Shown here: positions 30,619 through 40,628 of the stretch, one piece after another
Layout of the letters: the number at the start of each line of letters is the position of its first letter
Position numbering within the stretch: the stretch's first letter is position 1
NCBI GenBank assembly: GCA_003485765.1
Contig: DNHS01000056.1
Span: forward strand, 8,064-72,063
Source: Candidatus Omnitrophota bacterium
GTDB taxonomy: Bacteria; Omnitrophota; Gorgyraeia; Gorgyraeales; Gorgyraeaceae
Length of the DNA: 64,000 nucleotides
Reading direction: 5' to 3'
Made by a program: the position numbers and the translations under genes
Notes under the pieces: generated by a model
What the model saw: only the letters and a program-made list of their open reading frames with translations
What the model was told of the DNA's origin: nothing
The model's database searches: none

Positions 30619-31839
30619 CTATTTGAATCGCACTTTGAATGATTCCAGGTGCTTATTTAAGCCCTCTATTTTGGTCATCTTTTCAATAGCGACCTTTTCT
30701 TTTTCAAGCGCTTTTTTAGAATACGAAATAGTATGAATACTCTTTAAGAATGACCTTGCGCCAAGCCCTGAAAAAAATCTCGCAGTCCCGCCTGTAGGCA
30801 ATATATGGCTCGGCCCTGCAACATAGTCGCCTATGCAGACCGGCGAATATGGCCCTGTAAATATCGCGCCTGCATTCTGTATTTTCTTCATTATCCTGTT
30901 AGGTCTTTTGATTAATATCTCAAGATGTTCCGGCGCTATTCTATTTATAACCTCTACTGCCTGGTCAATATTTCTTGTCAGGACTATATATCCTTTTATA
31001 TCTTCATTTTTCATTGTCTTTGCGAACTTCTTAGATGTTGTCACCAGCACTACCAAGCCCTTAACATGTTCTGCCTGAGCCATTAGGTCTTGCGCAACAT
31101 AAGATTTATCTGAAAAATGATTTGCAAGTATAACGATTTCGCTCGGACCTGCCAGCATATCTATATCTACAAAGCCAAACACTTGTCTCTTTGCTTCGGT
31201 AACATATTCATTTCCCGGGCCTACTATCTTGTCCACCCTTGGTATAGTCTTTGTGCCAAACGCTAAGGCTGCTATTGCCTGAGCGCCCCCTACTTTATAA
31301 ACCTCGTCTACTTTTAAAAGATTAGCAACTGCCAGTATATGAGGATCCACATTGCCATATTTATTAGGAGGTGTAGTGAGAATTATCTTTTTAACCCCTG
31401 CCATCTTTGCAGGCACTACGCTCATGTAAACGCTTGACACAAGAGGCACTGTGCCAGCCGGGACATATATGCCGACCCTTTCAATAGGCCTGAATATTTC
31501 GCCGAGCTCTGCGCCGTCATCATATTTTATCTTCCAGGATTTTGGAAGTTCTTTTTTATAATATCTCTGTATATTCTCAATGATATGCTTAAGGCTTGTG
31601 ATAAAAGCTGTATCTATATTCTGAAAAGAACTATTTATCTCATTTACGCTTACTTTTAAATCTTTGGAGGTAAACTTTACTTTATCAAAACGCTTTGCGT
31701 ATTTTAAAACAGCTTTGTCTCCTTCGTTCCTGACATCATCGATGATTCTCCTGACCTTTTCTTCAATGTGCCTTTTATTCGTATAATAACGTTCGAAAAG
31801 TTTCTGCATTTCTTTGGATGATAATTTTAAAATTTTCAT
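30619..31839 (-). CDS. hisD: Histidinol dehydrogenase
   Basis: 406 aa. HisD family N-terminus, GPGN..V..AK motif, QAEH catalytic region. Confidence 0.85.
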   Translation of the reverse strand: MKILKLSSKEMQKLFERYYTNKRHIEEKVRRIIDDVRNEGDKAVLKYAKRFDKVKFTSKDLKVSVNEINSSFQNIDTAFITSLKHIIENIQRYYKKELPKSWKIKYDDGAELGEIFRPIERVGIYVPAGTVPLVSSVYMSVVPAKMAGVKKIILTTPPNKYGNVDPHILAVANLLKVDEVYKVGGAQAIAALAFGTKTIPRVDKIVGPGNEYVTEAKRQVFGFVDIDMLAGPSEIVILANHFSDKSYVAQDLMAQAEHVKGLVVLVTTSKKFAKTMKNEDIKGYIVLTRNIDQAVEVINRIAPEHLEILIKRPNRIMKKIQNAGAIFTGPYSPVCIGDYVAGPSHILPTGGTARFFSGLGARSFLKSIHTISYSKKALEKEKVAIEKMTKIEGLNKHLESFKVRFK

Positions 31840-34421
31840 AGATACCCCTTTATAATCTCCTCTGCCTTTTTTAATATATCCTGAATCTTTGGGCCTGAAC
31901 GGCTGCCTGCTTGAGCAAAATCCTGCCTGCCTCCGCCTTTTATCCCAAAATCAGCTCCTATATCATTTAAAATACCAACTGCGTCAAGTTTTCCTGCCTT
32001 AAGTAATTTACCTATCCCAACTATCAAAGCAATCTTTCCGTCTTTCTCGCTTACAAGCATAAATACCCCATTCGCGAGCCTATCCTTTATTGAATCAGCA
32101 TTTTTTCTCAAAAAAGAAGAATCTGCATTCTTAATCTCATTCATAATTACATCGATGCCGTTTATTTTCTTTATAGACCCCAAAATATCAACTACATTAT
32201 CCTGGACATTTTTATTGATGAAAACTTCCAGGGTTTTCTCCATCTGCTTTAATTTATCTGTAAGCTTTTCTATTTCCTTTGCTATATCCTCTGGCCTCAC
32301 ATTCAATTCTTTCGCAACCTCTTTTATCAGGCCCTCTTCCTGTTTTATTTTTTCATAAGCTGGTTTGCTTGTAATTGCCTCGATTCTTCTCACTCCGCTC
32401 GCAATAGAAGATTCTGAAACAATCTTAAAGATGTCTATCTCTCCTGTCCTTGTTACATGAGTCCCGCCGCAGAGCTCTCTAGAGTAATCGCCCACAGATA
32501 CCATCTTGACCACATCTCCGTATTTTTCTCCAAAAAGAGCAATCACATCTCTTTTACTTGCCTCTTCCAGGCTCAATTCATCTATCCTGACAGCGCTATC
32601 CTTTCTTATGCTTTCATTTACAATATCTTCGATCATAAAAAGCTCTTCATCTGTAACTCGCTTGAAATGCGTAAAATCAAAACGCAGCCTTTCCGGAGCC
32701 ACCATAGACCCTGCCTGCTTCACGTGCAAACCCAGGACCTTTCTTAAAGCATTATGCAAAAGATGCGTGGCAGTGTGATTTTTTCTTATGTCTAGCCTGC
32801 GCTCGATATCAACTTTTGCTGTAACCCGGTCCCCTGTTTTTAGAATGTCTTCTTTCATTTCAATCTCATGCTGAGTCCTGCCTGCCACATCAATGGCGTT
32901 TATAACACTGGCCATTATCTTCCCATCTTTTAAAAGCTCGCCCCTATCTCCTGCCTGTCCGCCTTTTTCGCCGTAAAAATTCGTCTCTTTTAAAAAAATG
33001 CTTCCTTTTTCTTTCTTTTTTATTTCGTTTTTTAAATTTCCATCTGAAACTATCTGAAGCACATGGGTCATTATCTCTTCCTTGTCTTCTATAAAAGGAG
33101 AAATATCCGGCAACTTTATATTAGTATTTCCTTCAATGTTAAATATGCTACCTGCGATTTTACTGCCCTGTTTTGATGCGGAGCGCTGATTTTCCATAAG
33201 GGCTTCAAAACCCTTTATATCCACTTTTATATTTTCACCTTCCGCAATTTCCTGAGTTAATTCCCACGGAAACCCATAGGTGTCATATAGCCTGAACACA
33301 TGCTCTCCAGATAAAATACCTAAATTTTTGGATCCTAGTAACATTACTTTTAATCTCTCAGTCCCTTCATCTATGGTATTTTTAAATCTTTTCTCCTCTT
33401 CCATCACTATCTGGCTTATATTCTCCCGATGTTCTACGAGTTCAGGGTAAGGCTTTTTCATAACATGGCTAACTACAGGGGCTATTCTGTATAAAAAAGG
33501 CTTGTCAAGGCCCATTCCTCGCCCATACCAGAATGCCCTTCTTATCAGTTTTCTTATTACATAACCTCTTTCCTCATTTGAAGGCAAAACCCCATCTGAT
33601 ATTGCAAACACAACAGCCCTTATGTGATCTGCTATTGCATTTACCTTCTGTCCACCTGCCATGTGAGCCATCTGGCTCACCTGGCAGGTGGACAGGTCTA
33701 ATATAGCTTTTATAATAGGCTGAAACGAATCTATCTCAAAATTTGTCTTTTTTCCCTGCAGCACCCTGGCAATCCTCTCCAGCCCCATTCCTGTATCTAT
33801 GTTTTTATTAGGCAACGGCTCCAGCGCGCCTTCACCTTTTCTGTCAAATTGCGTAAAAACAAGATTCCACACCTCTACCTCGTCAGGTCCGCCAAAAAAT
33901 ATCTCAGAACACGGCCCGCACGGGCCATTCGGGCCTGCGGCTGGCGCATTAGACGGCCAGAAATTATCCTTTTCTCCTAATTTTAAAATCTTTTCTTCCG
34001 GGATTTTTACTGTGTCCCTCCATATTTCATACGCCTCTTTATCATCTTTATAAACAGAAACCCATAGATCTTTTTCTTTAAGCCCAAGCTCTTTTGTAAG
34101 AAATTCCCATGCCCAAGAAATAGCGTCTTTTTTAAAATAATCCCCGAATGAAAAATTGCCGAGCATTTCAAAAAATGTGTGATGGCCGGCAGTTCTACCT
34201 ACATTTTCCAAATCTCCAGTCCTGAGGCATTTCTGGCATGTAGCAGCCCTTTTAGGGCCTTTAACCCTGCCCAAAAATTCTTCCTTAAACTGGTTCATGC
34301 CAGCGCCTGTAAATAGAAGCGACGGGTCATTGCGAGGGACAAGCGAATCGCTAGGATAAATCCTGTGGCCCCTTTCCTCAAGAAATCTCAAAAACCTTTC
34401 CCTTATCTCATCAACTTTCAT
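31836..34421 (-). CDS. alaS: Alanyl-tRNA synthetase
   Basis: 861 aa. Class II catalytic core, editing domain HxxxH...CGGTH, C-terminal DHHA1-like domain. Confidence 0.95.
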   Translation of the reverse strand: MKVDEIRERFLRFLEERGHRIYPSDSLVPRNDPSLLFTGAGMNQFKEEFLGRVKGPKRAATCQKCLRTGDLENVGRTAGHHTFFEMLGNFSFGDYFKKDAISWAWEFLTKELGLKEKDLWVSVYKDDKEAYEIWRDTVKIPEEKILKLGEKDNFWPSNAPAAGPNGPCGPCSEIFFGGPDEVEVWNLVFTQFDRKGEGALEPLPNKNIDTGMGLERIARVLQGKKTNFEIDSFQPIIKAILDLSTCQVSQMAHMAGGQKVNAIADHIRAVVFAISDGVLPSNEERGYVIRKLIRRAFWYGRGMGLDKPFLYRIAPVVSHVMKKPYPELVEHRENISQIVMEEEKRFKNTIDEGTERLKVMLLGSKNLGILSGEHVFRLYDTYGFPWELTQEIAEGENIKVDIKGFEALMENQRSASKQGSKIAGSIFNIEGNTNIKLPDISPFIEDKEEIMTHVLQIVSDGNLKNEIKKKEKGSIFLKETNFYGEKGGQAGDRGELLKDGKIMASVINAIDVAGRTQHEIEMKEDILKTGDRVTAKVDIERRLDIRKNHTATHLLHNALRKVLGLHVKQAGSMVAPERLRFDFTHFKRVTDEELFMIEDIVNESIRKDSAVRIDELSLEEASKRDVIALFGEKYGDVVKMVSVGDYSRELCGGTHVTRTGEIDIFKIVSESSIASGVRRIEAITSKPAYEKIKQEEGLIKEVAKELNVRPEDIAKEIEKLTDKLKQMEKTLEVFINKNVQDNVVDILGSIKKINGIDVIMNEIKNADSSFLRKNADSIKDRLANGVFMLVSEKDGKIALIVGIGKLLKAGKLDAVGILNDIGADFGIKGGGRQDFAQAGSRSGPKIQDILKKAEEIIKGYL

Positions 34422-34431
34422 GGTTACATGA

Positions 34432-35472
34432 TTATTTATTCTCTGCTGCTTTTTTCGCTATTGTTTCTTTAATTTTCTTCTCTATTTCACTGCAGACTTT
34501 TGCATTATTTTTAAGATACTCTCTGGCGGATTCCATGCCCTGGCCTAATTTTTCGCTTCCAAAAATTATCGATGAGCCTGACTTAGTCAAGACTTCTGAC
34601 TCTATGCCAAGTTCCAATATACTGCCTTCCCTTGAAATGCCTTCACCATGTATTATTTCAAATTCTGCATTCCTGAAAGGCGGAGCAACCTTATTTTTCA
34701 CAACCTTAGCCCTGACTCTATTTCCTATGACCTTATCGCCTGTCTTTATTGCTCCTATATTCCTCATGTCTATCCTCACAGAAGAATAAAATTTCAAAGC
34801 CCTTCCGCCTGTTGTGGTCTCAGGATTTCCAAACATGACTCCTATCTTCTCTCTTATCTGATTAATGAAGATAACGCAGGTGTGGGTCTTTGCAATAATA
34901 GCTGTGAGTTTTCTCAATGCCTGAGACATAAGCCTTGCCTGTAACCCTATATGTCTGTCTCCCATTTGTCCTTCTATTTCTGCCTGTGGCACAAGCGCTG
35001 CAACAGAATCTATTACTATCAGATCAACTGCGTTACTCCTCACAAGCATCTCCACTATATCAAGCGCCTGCTCGCCTGTATCAGGCTGGGATATTAAAAG
35101 ATCATCAAGGTTCACCTTTAGCTTCCTTGCGTAAGCCGGGTCCAATGCATGCTCAGCATCTATAAAAGCAGCAACGCCTCCTGCTCTTTGAGCCTGCGAG
35201 ATTATAGTCAAGGTAAGGGTTGTTTTTCCGCCTGCCTCAGGCCCAAATATCTCTACAACTCTTCCTTTCGGCACGCCTCCTACGCCTAATGCCAAGTCTA
35301 AAGACAATGCGCCCGTAGAAATAACATCCACATCAAACTTGGTTTCCTGGCCTAATCGCATAATAGACCCCTTGCCAAACTGCTTTTCTATCTGCGAAAC
35401 AGCTGATTCAATAGCCTTTTCTTTATCATCAGACTTTGCCGCAATTACCTTTTTCTCTTCTTTCTTAACCAT
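34432..35472 (-). CDS. recA: Recombinase A
   Basis: 346 aa. GPEAGGKTT Walker A, loops L1 and L2. Typical recA-alaS adjacency. Confidence 0.95.
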   Translation of the reverse strand: MVKKEEKKVIAAKSDDKEKAIESAVSQIEKQFGKGSIMRLGQETKFDVDVISTGALSLDLALGVGGVPKGRVVEIFGPEAGGKTTLTLTIISQAQRAGGVAAFIDAEHALDPAYARKLKVNLDDLLISQPDTGEQALDIVEMLVRSNAVDLIVIDSVAALVPQAEIEGQMGDRHIGLQARLMSQALRKLTAIIAKTHTCVIFINQIREKIGVMFGNPETTTGGRALKFYSSVRIDMRNIGAIKTGDKVIGNRVRAKVVKNKVAPPFRNAEFEIIHGEGISREGSILELGIESEVLTKSGSSIIFGSEKLGQGMESAREYLKNNAKVCSEIEKKIKETIAKKAAENK

Positions 35473-35595
35473 GCTAACCCCCTTTGTTATAGATATAAAT
35501 TATACATTTACAGTAGGTTAAAGTAAAGCACAAAAGTATCCATCACCCCCTTCCATTACATTAGACACATCTCGCGTTCATTTTCTTTCAAAAAT

Positions 35596-35624
35596 TTGAC
35601 AATATAATAAATATCCCATATAAT
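35596..35624 (+). promoter_or_regulatory. Consensus sigma70 promoter (TTGACA-17nt-TATAAT) 7 nt upstream of the cinA ATG, implying a leaderless transcript
   Basis: TTGACA 35596-35601, TATAAT 35619-35624, ATG at 35632. No RBS is possible in the 7-nt gap. Confidence 0.5.
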
Positions 35625-35631
35625 AAACCCT

Positions 35632-36885
35632 ATGGAAATCAGCGCTCAGGTAATCTGCATAGGCAATGAAATAATGCTGGGCCATATTGCAAATACAAAC
35701 GCCCAATTCATTTCAAATAAGCTTGCCTCTATAGGCATAAAAACTTCCAAACATCTAGATATACCCGACAATCCTGAAGTTATCATCTCGTCTATAAGGG
35801 AAGTTCTCAATGAATCAGAAATAGTAATCACAAGCGGCGGGCTCGGCCCTACTGTTGATGACATAACGCTTGAATGTATCCAGAAGGCATTAAATAAAAA
35901 ACTAATCTTTAATAAAAAAATCTCTGAGCGCATAAAAGCTCATTTTAAGAGACGTAAAATAAAAATGCCCGCTAATAACCTGCGCCAGGCATTATTACCT
36001 GAAGGCGCAATACCAATTGATAACAATATCGGCACAGCCCCAGGCCTCATAATCCCTGTGGAAAATAAAGTCTTAATAGCTTTTCCTGGAGTACCGTTTG
36101 AACTTTATCCTATGTTTGAAGAAACCGCGCTTGTGTATTTAAAAAAGAAATTCTCCCTAGGACAAATTATAAAATCCAGGGTTATAAAAATAACAGGCCT
36201 CGCTGAATCAAGAGTAAATGAAATAATAGAAGATATTTTACAGATAGCGGGAGATGTCCAGATGGGAATCTATCCGCATCCTGAGGAAATACATGTAAAA
36301 ATCACTGTAACTGAAAAAAATGAAATTGCCGCTGATTTAATAATAAATAAAATCCAGAAAAAGGTTGAATCGCGCCTTAAAAATTATATCTTTGGCTATG
36401 ACAACGATGAGCTTGAAGAGATTGTTGGGAAATACCTTCTAAGGGCTAAGAAAACATTAGCCATAGCTGAATCCTGCACAGGCGGTCTTCTGGCCAATAG
36501 AATCACAGATATCCCAGGGAGTTCCAGTTATTTTAAGCTCGGCATTGTTTCTTATAGCAATGAATCAAAAAATAACCTCCTGAATATACCCATGGATACA
36601 ATAAAAAAATACGGCTCTGTTTCAAAACAAGTTGCCGCATTAATGGCAAAAAATGTAAGGGATCTGACTAGTACAGATTATGGTATAGGGATCAGCGATA
36701 TTGCAGGGCCTGGAGGCGCGACAAACAAAAAACCAACAGGACTTGTCTATATAGCTCTATCAACCAAAGCAAAAACTATCTGTAAAGAATTTCGCTTTAT
36801 AGGTACCCGGAATCTCATAAAATACAAATCCACCCAAGCTGCCTTAAACATGCTCAGATTATGGCTACCATCCGCGCTTTCATAG
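35632..36885 (+). CDS. cinA: Competence/damage-inducible protein CinA (MoCF-binding domain plus NMN deamidase PncC domain)
   Basis: 417 aa. N-terminal MoCF-biosynthesis-like domain (ICIGNEIMLG...) and C-terminal CinA/PncC domain. Confidence 0.85.
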   Translation: MEISAQVICIGNEIMLGHIANTNAQFISNKLASIGIKTSKHLDIPDNPEVIISSIREVLNESEIVITSGGLGPTVDDITLECIQKALNKKLIFNKKISERIKAHFKRRKIKMPANNLRQALLPEGAIPIDNNIGTAPGLIIPVENKVLIAFPGVPFELYPMFEETALVYLKKKFSLGQIIKSRVIKITGLAESRVNEIIEDILQIAGDVQMGIYPHPEEIHVKITVTEKNEIAADLIINKIQKKVESRLKNYIFGYDNDELEEIVGKYLLRAKKTLAIAESCTGGLLANRITDIPGSSSYFKLGIVSYSNESKNNLLNIPMDTIKKYGSVSKQVAALMAKNVRDLTSTDYGIGISDIAGPGGATNKKPTGLVYIALSTKAKTICKEFRFIGTRNLIKYKSTQAALNMLRLWLPSALS

Positions 36886-37433
36886 CAGTTGAAATTGATA
36901 ATCAAACCTGGCAAAAAATATCCGAGCTTGTTTCCATCCTCAAAAAATCCAATGCTGATATTAAATGGATAACCGACGGCCAGATGCATCTCACATTAAA
37001 GTTCCTTGGGAATATAGACAAAGATAAGGTTCTGGGAATTTCTGAGGCAATATCCAATATCTCAGATAATTTTAATTCTTTTAAAATCGCATTTTCCAAA
37101 ATAGGCGCTTTCCCAAGCCTGAATCATCCGGCCGTCATATGGCTCGGCATTGATAAAGGCGCAGAATCTTTAAAAACGCTTAATGAGAAAATAGAAATTG
37201 CTTTAGAAAAATTAGGTTTTGAGCGGGAGAGCCGCGAATTCAAGCCCCATCTCACGCTAGGCAGAGTCAGGTCGGATAAAAATATGCCAAACATCACAAA
37301 ACTGCTTAAGGAAACAGCTTTTTACTTAGTGAATGATGTACAAATCGATAAACTTACGCTTTTCCAGAGCGGCCTTAATCCAAAAGGCGCTATCTATTCT
37401 ATTATCTTACAAAAATACCTACAGAACATTTAA
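36861..37433 (+). CDS. thpR: RNA 2',3'-cyclic phosphodiesterase (2'-5' RNA ligase family, ThpR/LigT)
   Basis: 190 aa. Two H-x-T-x motifs (HLTLKFLG and HLTLGRV). Often found beside cinA. Confidence 0.85.
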   Translation: MATIRAFIAVEIDNQTWQKISELVSILKKSNADIKWITDGQMHLTLKFLGNIDKDKVLGISEAISNISDNFNSFKIAFSKIGAFPSLNHPAVIWLGIDKGAESLKTLNEKIEIALEKLGFERESREFKPHLTLGRVRSDKNMPNITKLLKETAFYLVNDVQIDKLTLFQSGLNPKGAIYSIILQKYLQNI

Positions 37434-37888
37434 TGGCATAACAGATTAAATATATATATAATCTGAAGAGCTATATTGGCATATACGCCTGCTATAATAT
37501 CATCTGACATGATCCCTAGACTGCCTTTTAATTTTTCAAGGCTCTGGATAGGTTTTGGCTTTACTATATCAAAAAATCTGAATAGTAAAAATCCTGTAAC
37601 CACATAGCCCATAGTAGGGGGCAAGCGATATAAGCTTATAAGCATGCCAGCAAATTCATCGATTACTATCTCCCCAGGGTCTTTTTCTCCAAAAACTTTC
37701 TCTACCCTGCCAGCTGTCATAAACCCAAGTATAATTACTATTAAAATAACCGCGGCCATTATTAATGCGTCATGGCATATAAAATAATATAAAACAAGTG
37801 ACGCAAGACTCCCGAGTGTGCCAGGCGCAACAGGCAAATAGCCTATATAAAAAACACTTGCTATCATTCTACATAAACGGTCTTTCAT
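37430..37888 (-). CDS. pgpA: Phosphatidylglycerophosphatase A
   Basis: 152 aa. YIGYLPVAPGTLGSL PgpA signature. Confidence 0.8.
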   Translation of the reverse strand: MKDRLCRMIASVFYIGYLPVAPGTLGSLASLVLYYFICHDALIMAAVILIVIILGFMTAGRVEKVFGEKDPGEIVIDEFAGMLISLYRLPPTMGYVVTGFLLFRFFDIVKPKPIQSLEKLKGSLGIMSDDIIAGVYANIALQIIYIFNLLCH

Positions 37889-38451
37889 TTATCACCCATA
37901 AAAATGTCTTTGTTTCTGGCCATATAAGAAATACCTGAAGTCAAAGTCATGCCCACTGTTATAAGCATCAGTAAATACACGGCTATTTTAAAATCTTCCA
38001 TATACCTGAAACTGAACCCTAGATCCCTGATTATTAAAAATATAAGTATCGAGACAACAGCCACCATCTGGGAAACTGTTTTATGTTTTCCTCCCATCTC
38101 TGCGCTAAGAACCTTTTTTTGCGAAAGCGCGAGAATCCTTATGCCTGTAATCACCAGCTCCCTTGCTATGATAACCATCACCATCCACGCGGGTATTATC
38201 TCCATCTCTACAAAAGCCAGGAACGCTCCCAAAATAAGTATCTTATCCGCAATAGGATCCATTAATTTGCCAAAAGCAGTGATGTCGCCTGTTTTCCTGG
38301 CCATATAACCGTCGTAATAATCAGTGGCGCAGGCGGCCAGAAAAATAGCCATTGCTATAAACTTTGCGCTCGGGCCTTTTATAAAAAGAAACCATATAAA
38401 AATGCCAGCCAAAATTATTCTAGAAATCGTAAGCTTATTTGCTATATTCAT
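37885..38451 (-). CDS. pgsA: CDP-diacylglycerol--glycerol-3-phosphate 3-phosphatidyltransferase
   Basis: 188 aa. CDP-alcohol phosphatidyltransferase motif D..DG..AR...G...D...DK. Confidence 0.85.
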   Translation of the reverse strand: MNIANKLTISRIILAGIFIWFLFIKGPSAKFIAMAIFLAACATDYYDGYMARKTGDITAFGKLMDPIADKILILGAFLAFVEMEIIPAWMVMVIIARELVITGIRILALSQKKVLSAEMGGKHKTVSQMVAVVSILIFLIIRDLGFSFRYMEDFKIAVYLLMLITVGMTLTSGISYMARNKDIFMGDK

Positions 38452-39703
38452 AGCTGCCTGCTAAATCATATTCATGCGTATCTTGTATTTTAACGTTATA
38501 AAAATTCCCTATCTTTAGATTTTTGCCTTTAACATACACCAGCCCGTCTATATCAGGGGCGTCATATTCTGTCCTGGCTATATAATAACCCTTGCCTTTT
38601 TCTTCCACTAGCATCTTTAATGCCCTGCCTTTAAATCTTTCATTTATCTTTCTTGATATCCCTTGCTGCGCTGACATTATGCAGTCAAATCTTCTTTGTT
38701 TCTCTTTTTCTGAAATCTGATTTTTATGTTCATAAGCTGGGGTGCCTTCCTCTCTCGAATATTTGAAAATACCCAGCTTTTCAAATTTCATTTCTTTTAT
38801 AAAAGATACGAGTTCCTTGAATTCCTTGTCTTTTTCTCCTGGAAAACCAACTATAAATGAAGTTCGAATAACAGCATCTGGGATCTCTTTTCTTATATAC
38901 TCTATAAGAGCTATTATTTCCCTTTTATTTGTCGGCCTAGCCATCTGCTTTAATATTCTATCATTAATATGTTCCAGCGGCAAATCTATATACCTGCATA
39001 TATTTTCATTATCCCTTATAACCTCAATGACTTCTTTATCTAAATTCGCCGGGTGTAAGTACAATAGTCTCACCCATACATCTTTTGAAATCTTAGCTAA
39101 CTCTTTTAATAAATCTCCCAACCTCTTTTTTCCATACAAATCTATGCCATATAAAGAAGTATCCTGGCCTATTAAGATAATTTCTTTTGCTCCATTTTTT
39201 ACCAGCCTAACTGCTTCTTTCTTTATGGAACCAATGGGCCTGCTTTTATAATTTCCCTTCAAGCGAGGTATAACACAATATGTGCACCTGTTAGCGCAGC
39301 CTTCTGAAATCTTGATATAGGCATAATGCGGCGGAGTAAGTTTCAGGATCTGGTTTTGAGGCTTCCTGAAATCCAAAACACCTCTAAATTCATCCACTTC
39401 TTTTAATTCTCCGGCTAATTCTTTTCTATATCTTTCTGAAAGGCATCCAGCCACTATAATCTTTTTTATATTTCCGTCCTTTTTAGCGTCTATCGCCCTA
39501 AGTATATTGTCTACTGATTCTTTCTTAGCATCCTCTATAAAAGCGCATGTGTTCACAATCACAGTATCAGAATTTAATATATCCTCCTGAAATCTGTAAC
39601 CCTTTTTAATAAATTCGGTTACCAGCTTTTCTGAATCCACAAGATTTCTCGGGCAGCCTAAACTTATTATGCTGACTGTTTTTGCCATAAAAAAACGGGG
39701 CAT
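38435..39703 (-). CDS. rimO: Ribosomal protein S12 methylthiotransferase (radical SAM MTTase with TRAM domain)
   Basis: SLGCPRNLVDSE N-terminal MTTase motif, CANRCTYC radical-SAM cluster, C-terminal TRAM domain. Start could be 39703 (MPRFF...) or 39688 (MAKTV...). Confidence 0.85.
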   Translation of the reverse strand: MPRFFMAKTVSIISLGCPRNLVDSEKLVTEFIKKGYRFQEDILNSDTVIVNTCAFIEDAKKESVDNILRAIDAKKDGNIKKIIVAGCLSERYRKELAGELKEVDEFRGVLDFRKPQNQILKLTPPHYAYIKISEGCANRCTYCVIPRLKGNYKSRPIGSIKKEAVRLVKNGAKEIILIGQDTSLYGIDLYGKKRLGDLLKELAKISKDVWVRLLYLHPANLDKEVIEVIRDNENICRYIDLPLEHINDRILKQMARPTNKREIIALIEYIRKEIPDAVIRTSFIVGFPGEKDKEFKELVSFIKEMKFEKLGIFKYSREEGTPAYEHKNQISEKEKQRRFDCIMSAQQGISRKINERFKGRALKMLVEEKGKGYYIARTEYDAPDIDGLVYVKGKNLKIGNFYNVKIQDTHEYDLAGSYEYSK

Positions 39704-39710
39704 CTCCCCG
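39689..39710 (-). terminator. GC hairpin (CGGGG-agatg-CCCCG) plus 7 Ts, terminator-like, abutting or overlapping the rimO start
   Basis: Read on the minus strand. Lies directly downstream of rodZ-like. Leaves no room for a rimO RBS if rimO starts at 39688. Confidence 0.4.
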
Positions 39711-39716
39711 TAACTC

Positions 39717-39755
39717 TTGGCACACTAAAGTGTGCCCTACAATTTTGTCGCAAAG
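39717..39755 (-). promoter_or_regulatory. Conserved hairpin motif (AAAATTGTAG-GGCACAC-ttta-GTGTGCC-AA), second copy
   Basis: Same flanks as the 28479-28517 motif. The stem sequence differs by a compensatory G/C exchange that preserves pairing. Confidence 0.55.
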
Positions 39756-39759
39756 GCCT

Positions 39760-40581
39760 TTAATTCTTTATTCCATCTTTCGTAATTATAATTTCTTTTT
39801 TTTCGCCTTTTTTCCCGGAAAAACTTGCGGGTTTTCCGTTTACACTTATCTTAATAACTCCGGAATTGCCTGCTTCCAATTTTATTTCTTTTTTTGCCTT
39901 CCACGTATCCGAACTACCTTTTCTAAATGTCCCCGTAAACATAAGCACTCCGTCGCCTATTATCCGGAGCCATGTATTATCCGAAGTAGAAACTTCTATC
40001 TCAATTTCATCTGTTTTTACAGCTGCAGCTTCTTCTTTTTTCTCTTTTAAAGGTTTTCGTTCAGAGAGTTGGTGGGTTGCTTGCTCCGTACCCTTGCGCG
40101 CGCTTTTAACTATCTTATTTTGCTTCTTTACAGATATATTTTTAATAAATTTAGTAACATGGCTAATAGCTGACGATAACACCCAGAATACAAATACTCC
40201 TATAATTATAGCTATTATCTGGTTCTTATATTTAATTATGCATGAAAAACCTAACTGCGGCATTTCTTTTGCAGGCAAAGATTTTTGTTGTGCGGTTCCA
40301 GAAATAGGCACGGCTACTGGCTTTAAAATCGTTGGCGGCTGGCCGGATTTAGCAAGATATTCTTTTATACCAGGCTCATCCAATGCCCCTAAAAAAACAG
40401 CGTATGTTTTTACAAAGCTCTTTGCATAAAAAACTGACCTTATTTCATTCAGCCTGTCTTCTTCCAGGGTAGAAATTATATGCTTAGGTATGCGGCTTCT
40501 CTCGGATACTTCTTCTATGGAAAGATGCTTGGATTCCCTTGTTCTTTTTAATATTTTACCTAATGACTCTGGCAGATGCAT
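39760..40581 (-). CDS. rodZ: RodZ-like cytoskeleton protein (N-terminal XRE-type HTH, TM helix, C-terminal DUF4115-like domain)
   Basis: 273 aa. HTH (LGKILKRTRESKHLSIEEVSERSRIPKHIISTLEE), one TM segment, C-terminal beta-rich domain. Confidence 0.6.
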   Translation of the reverse strand: MHLPESLGKILKRTRESKHLSIEEVSERSRIPKHIISTLEEDRLNEIRSVFYAKSFVKTYAVFLGALDEPGIKEYLAKSGQPPTILKPVAVPISGTAQQKSLPAKEMPQLGFSCIIKYKNQIIAIIIGVFVFWVLSSAISHVTKFIKNISVKKQNKIVKSARKGTEQATHQLSERKPLKEKKEEAAAVKTDEIEIEVSTSDNTWLRIIGDGVLMFTGTFRKGSSDTWKAKKEIKLEAGNSGVIKISVNGKPASFSGKKGEKKEIIITKDGIKN

Positions 40582-40628
40582 AGTCGCCTTTGAATTTTTC
40601 AGATTGCAAAAACAATCTAAAAAATTGG

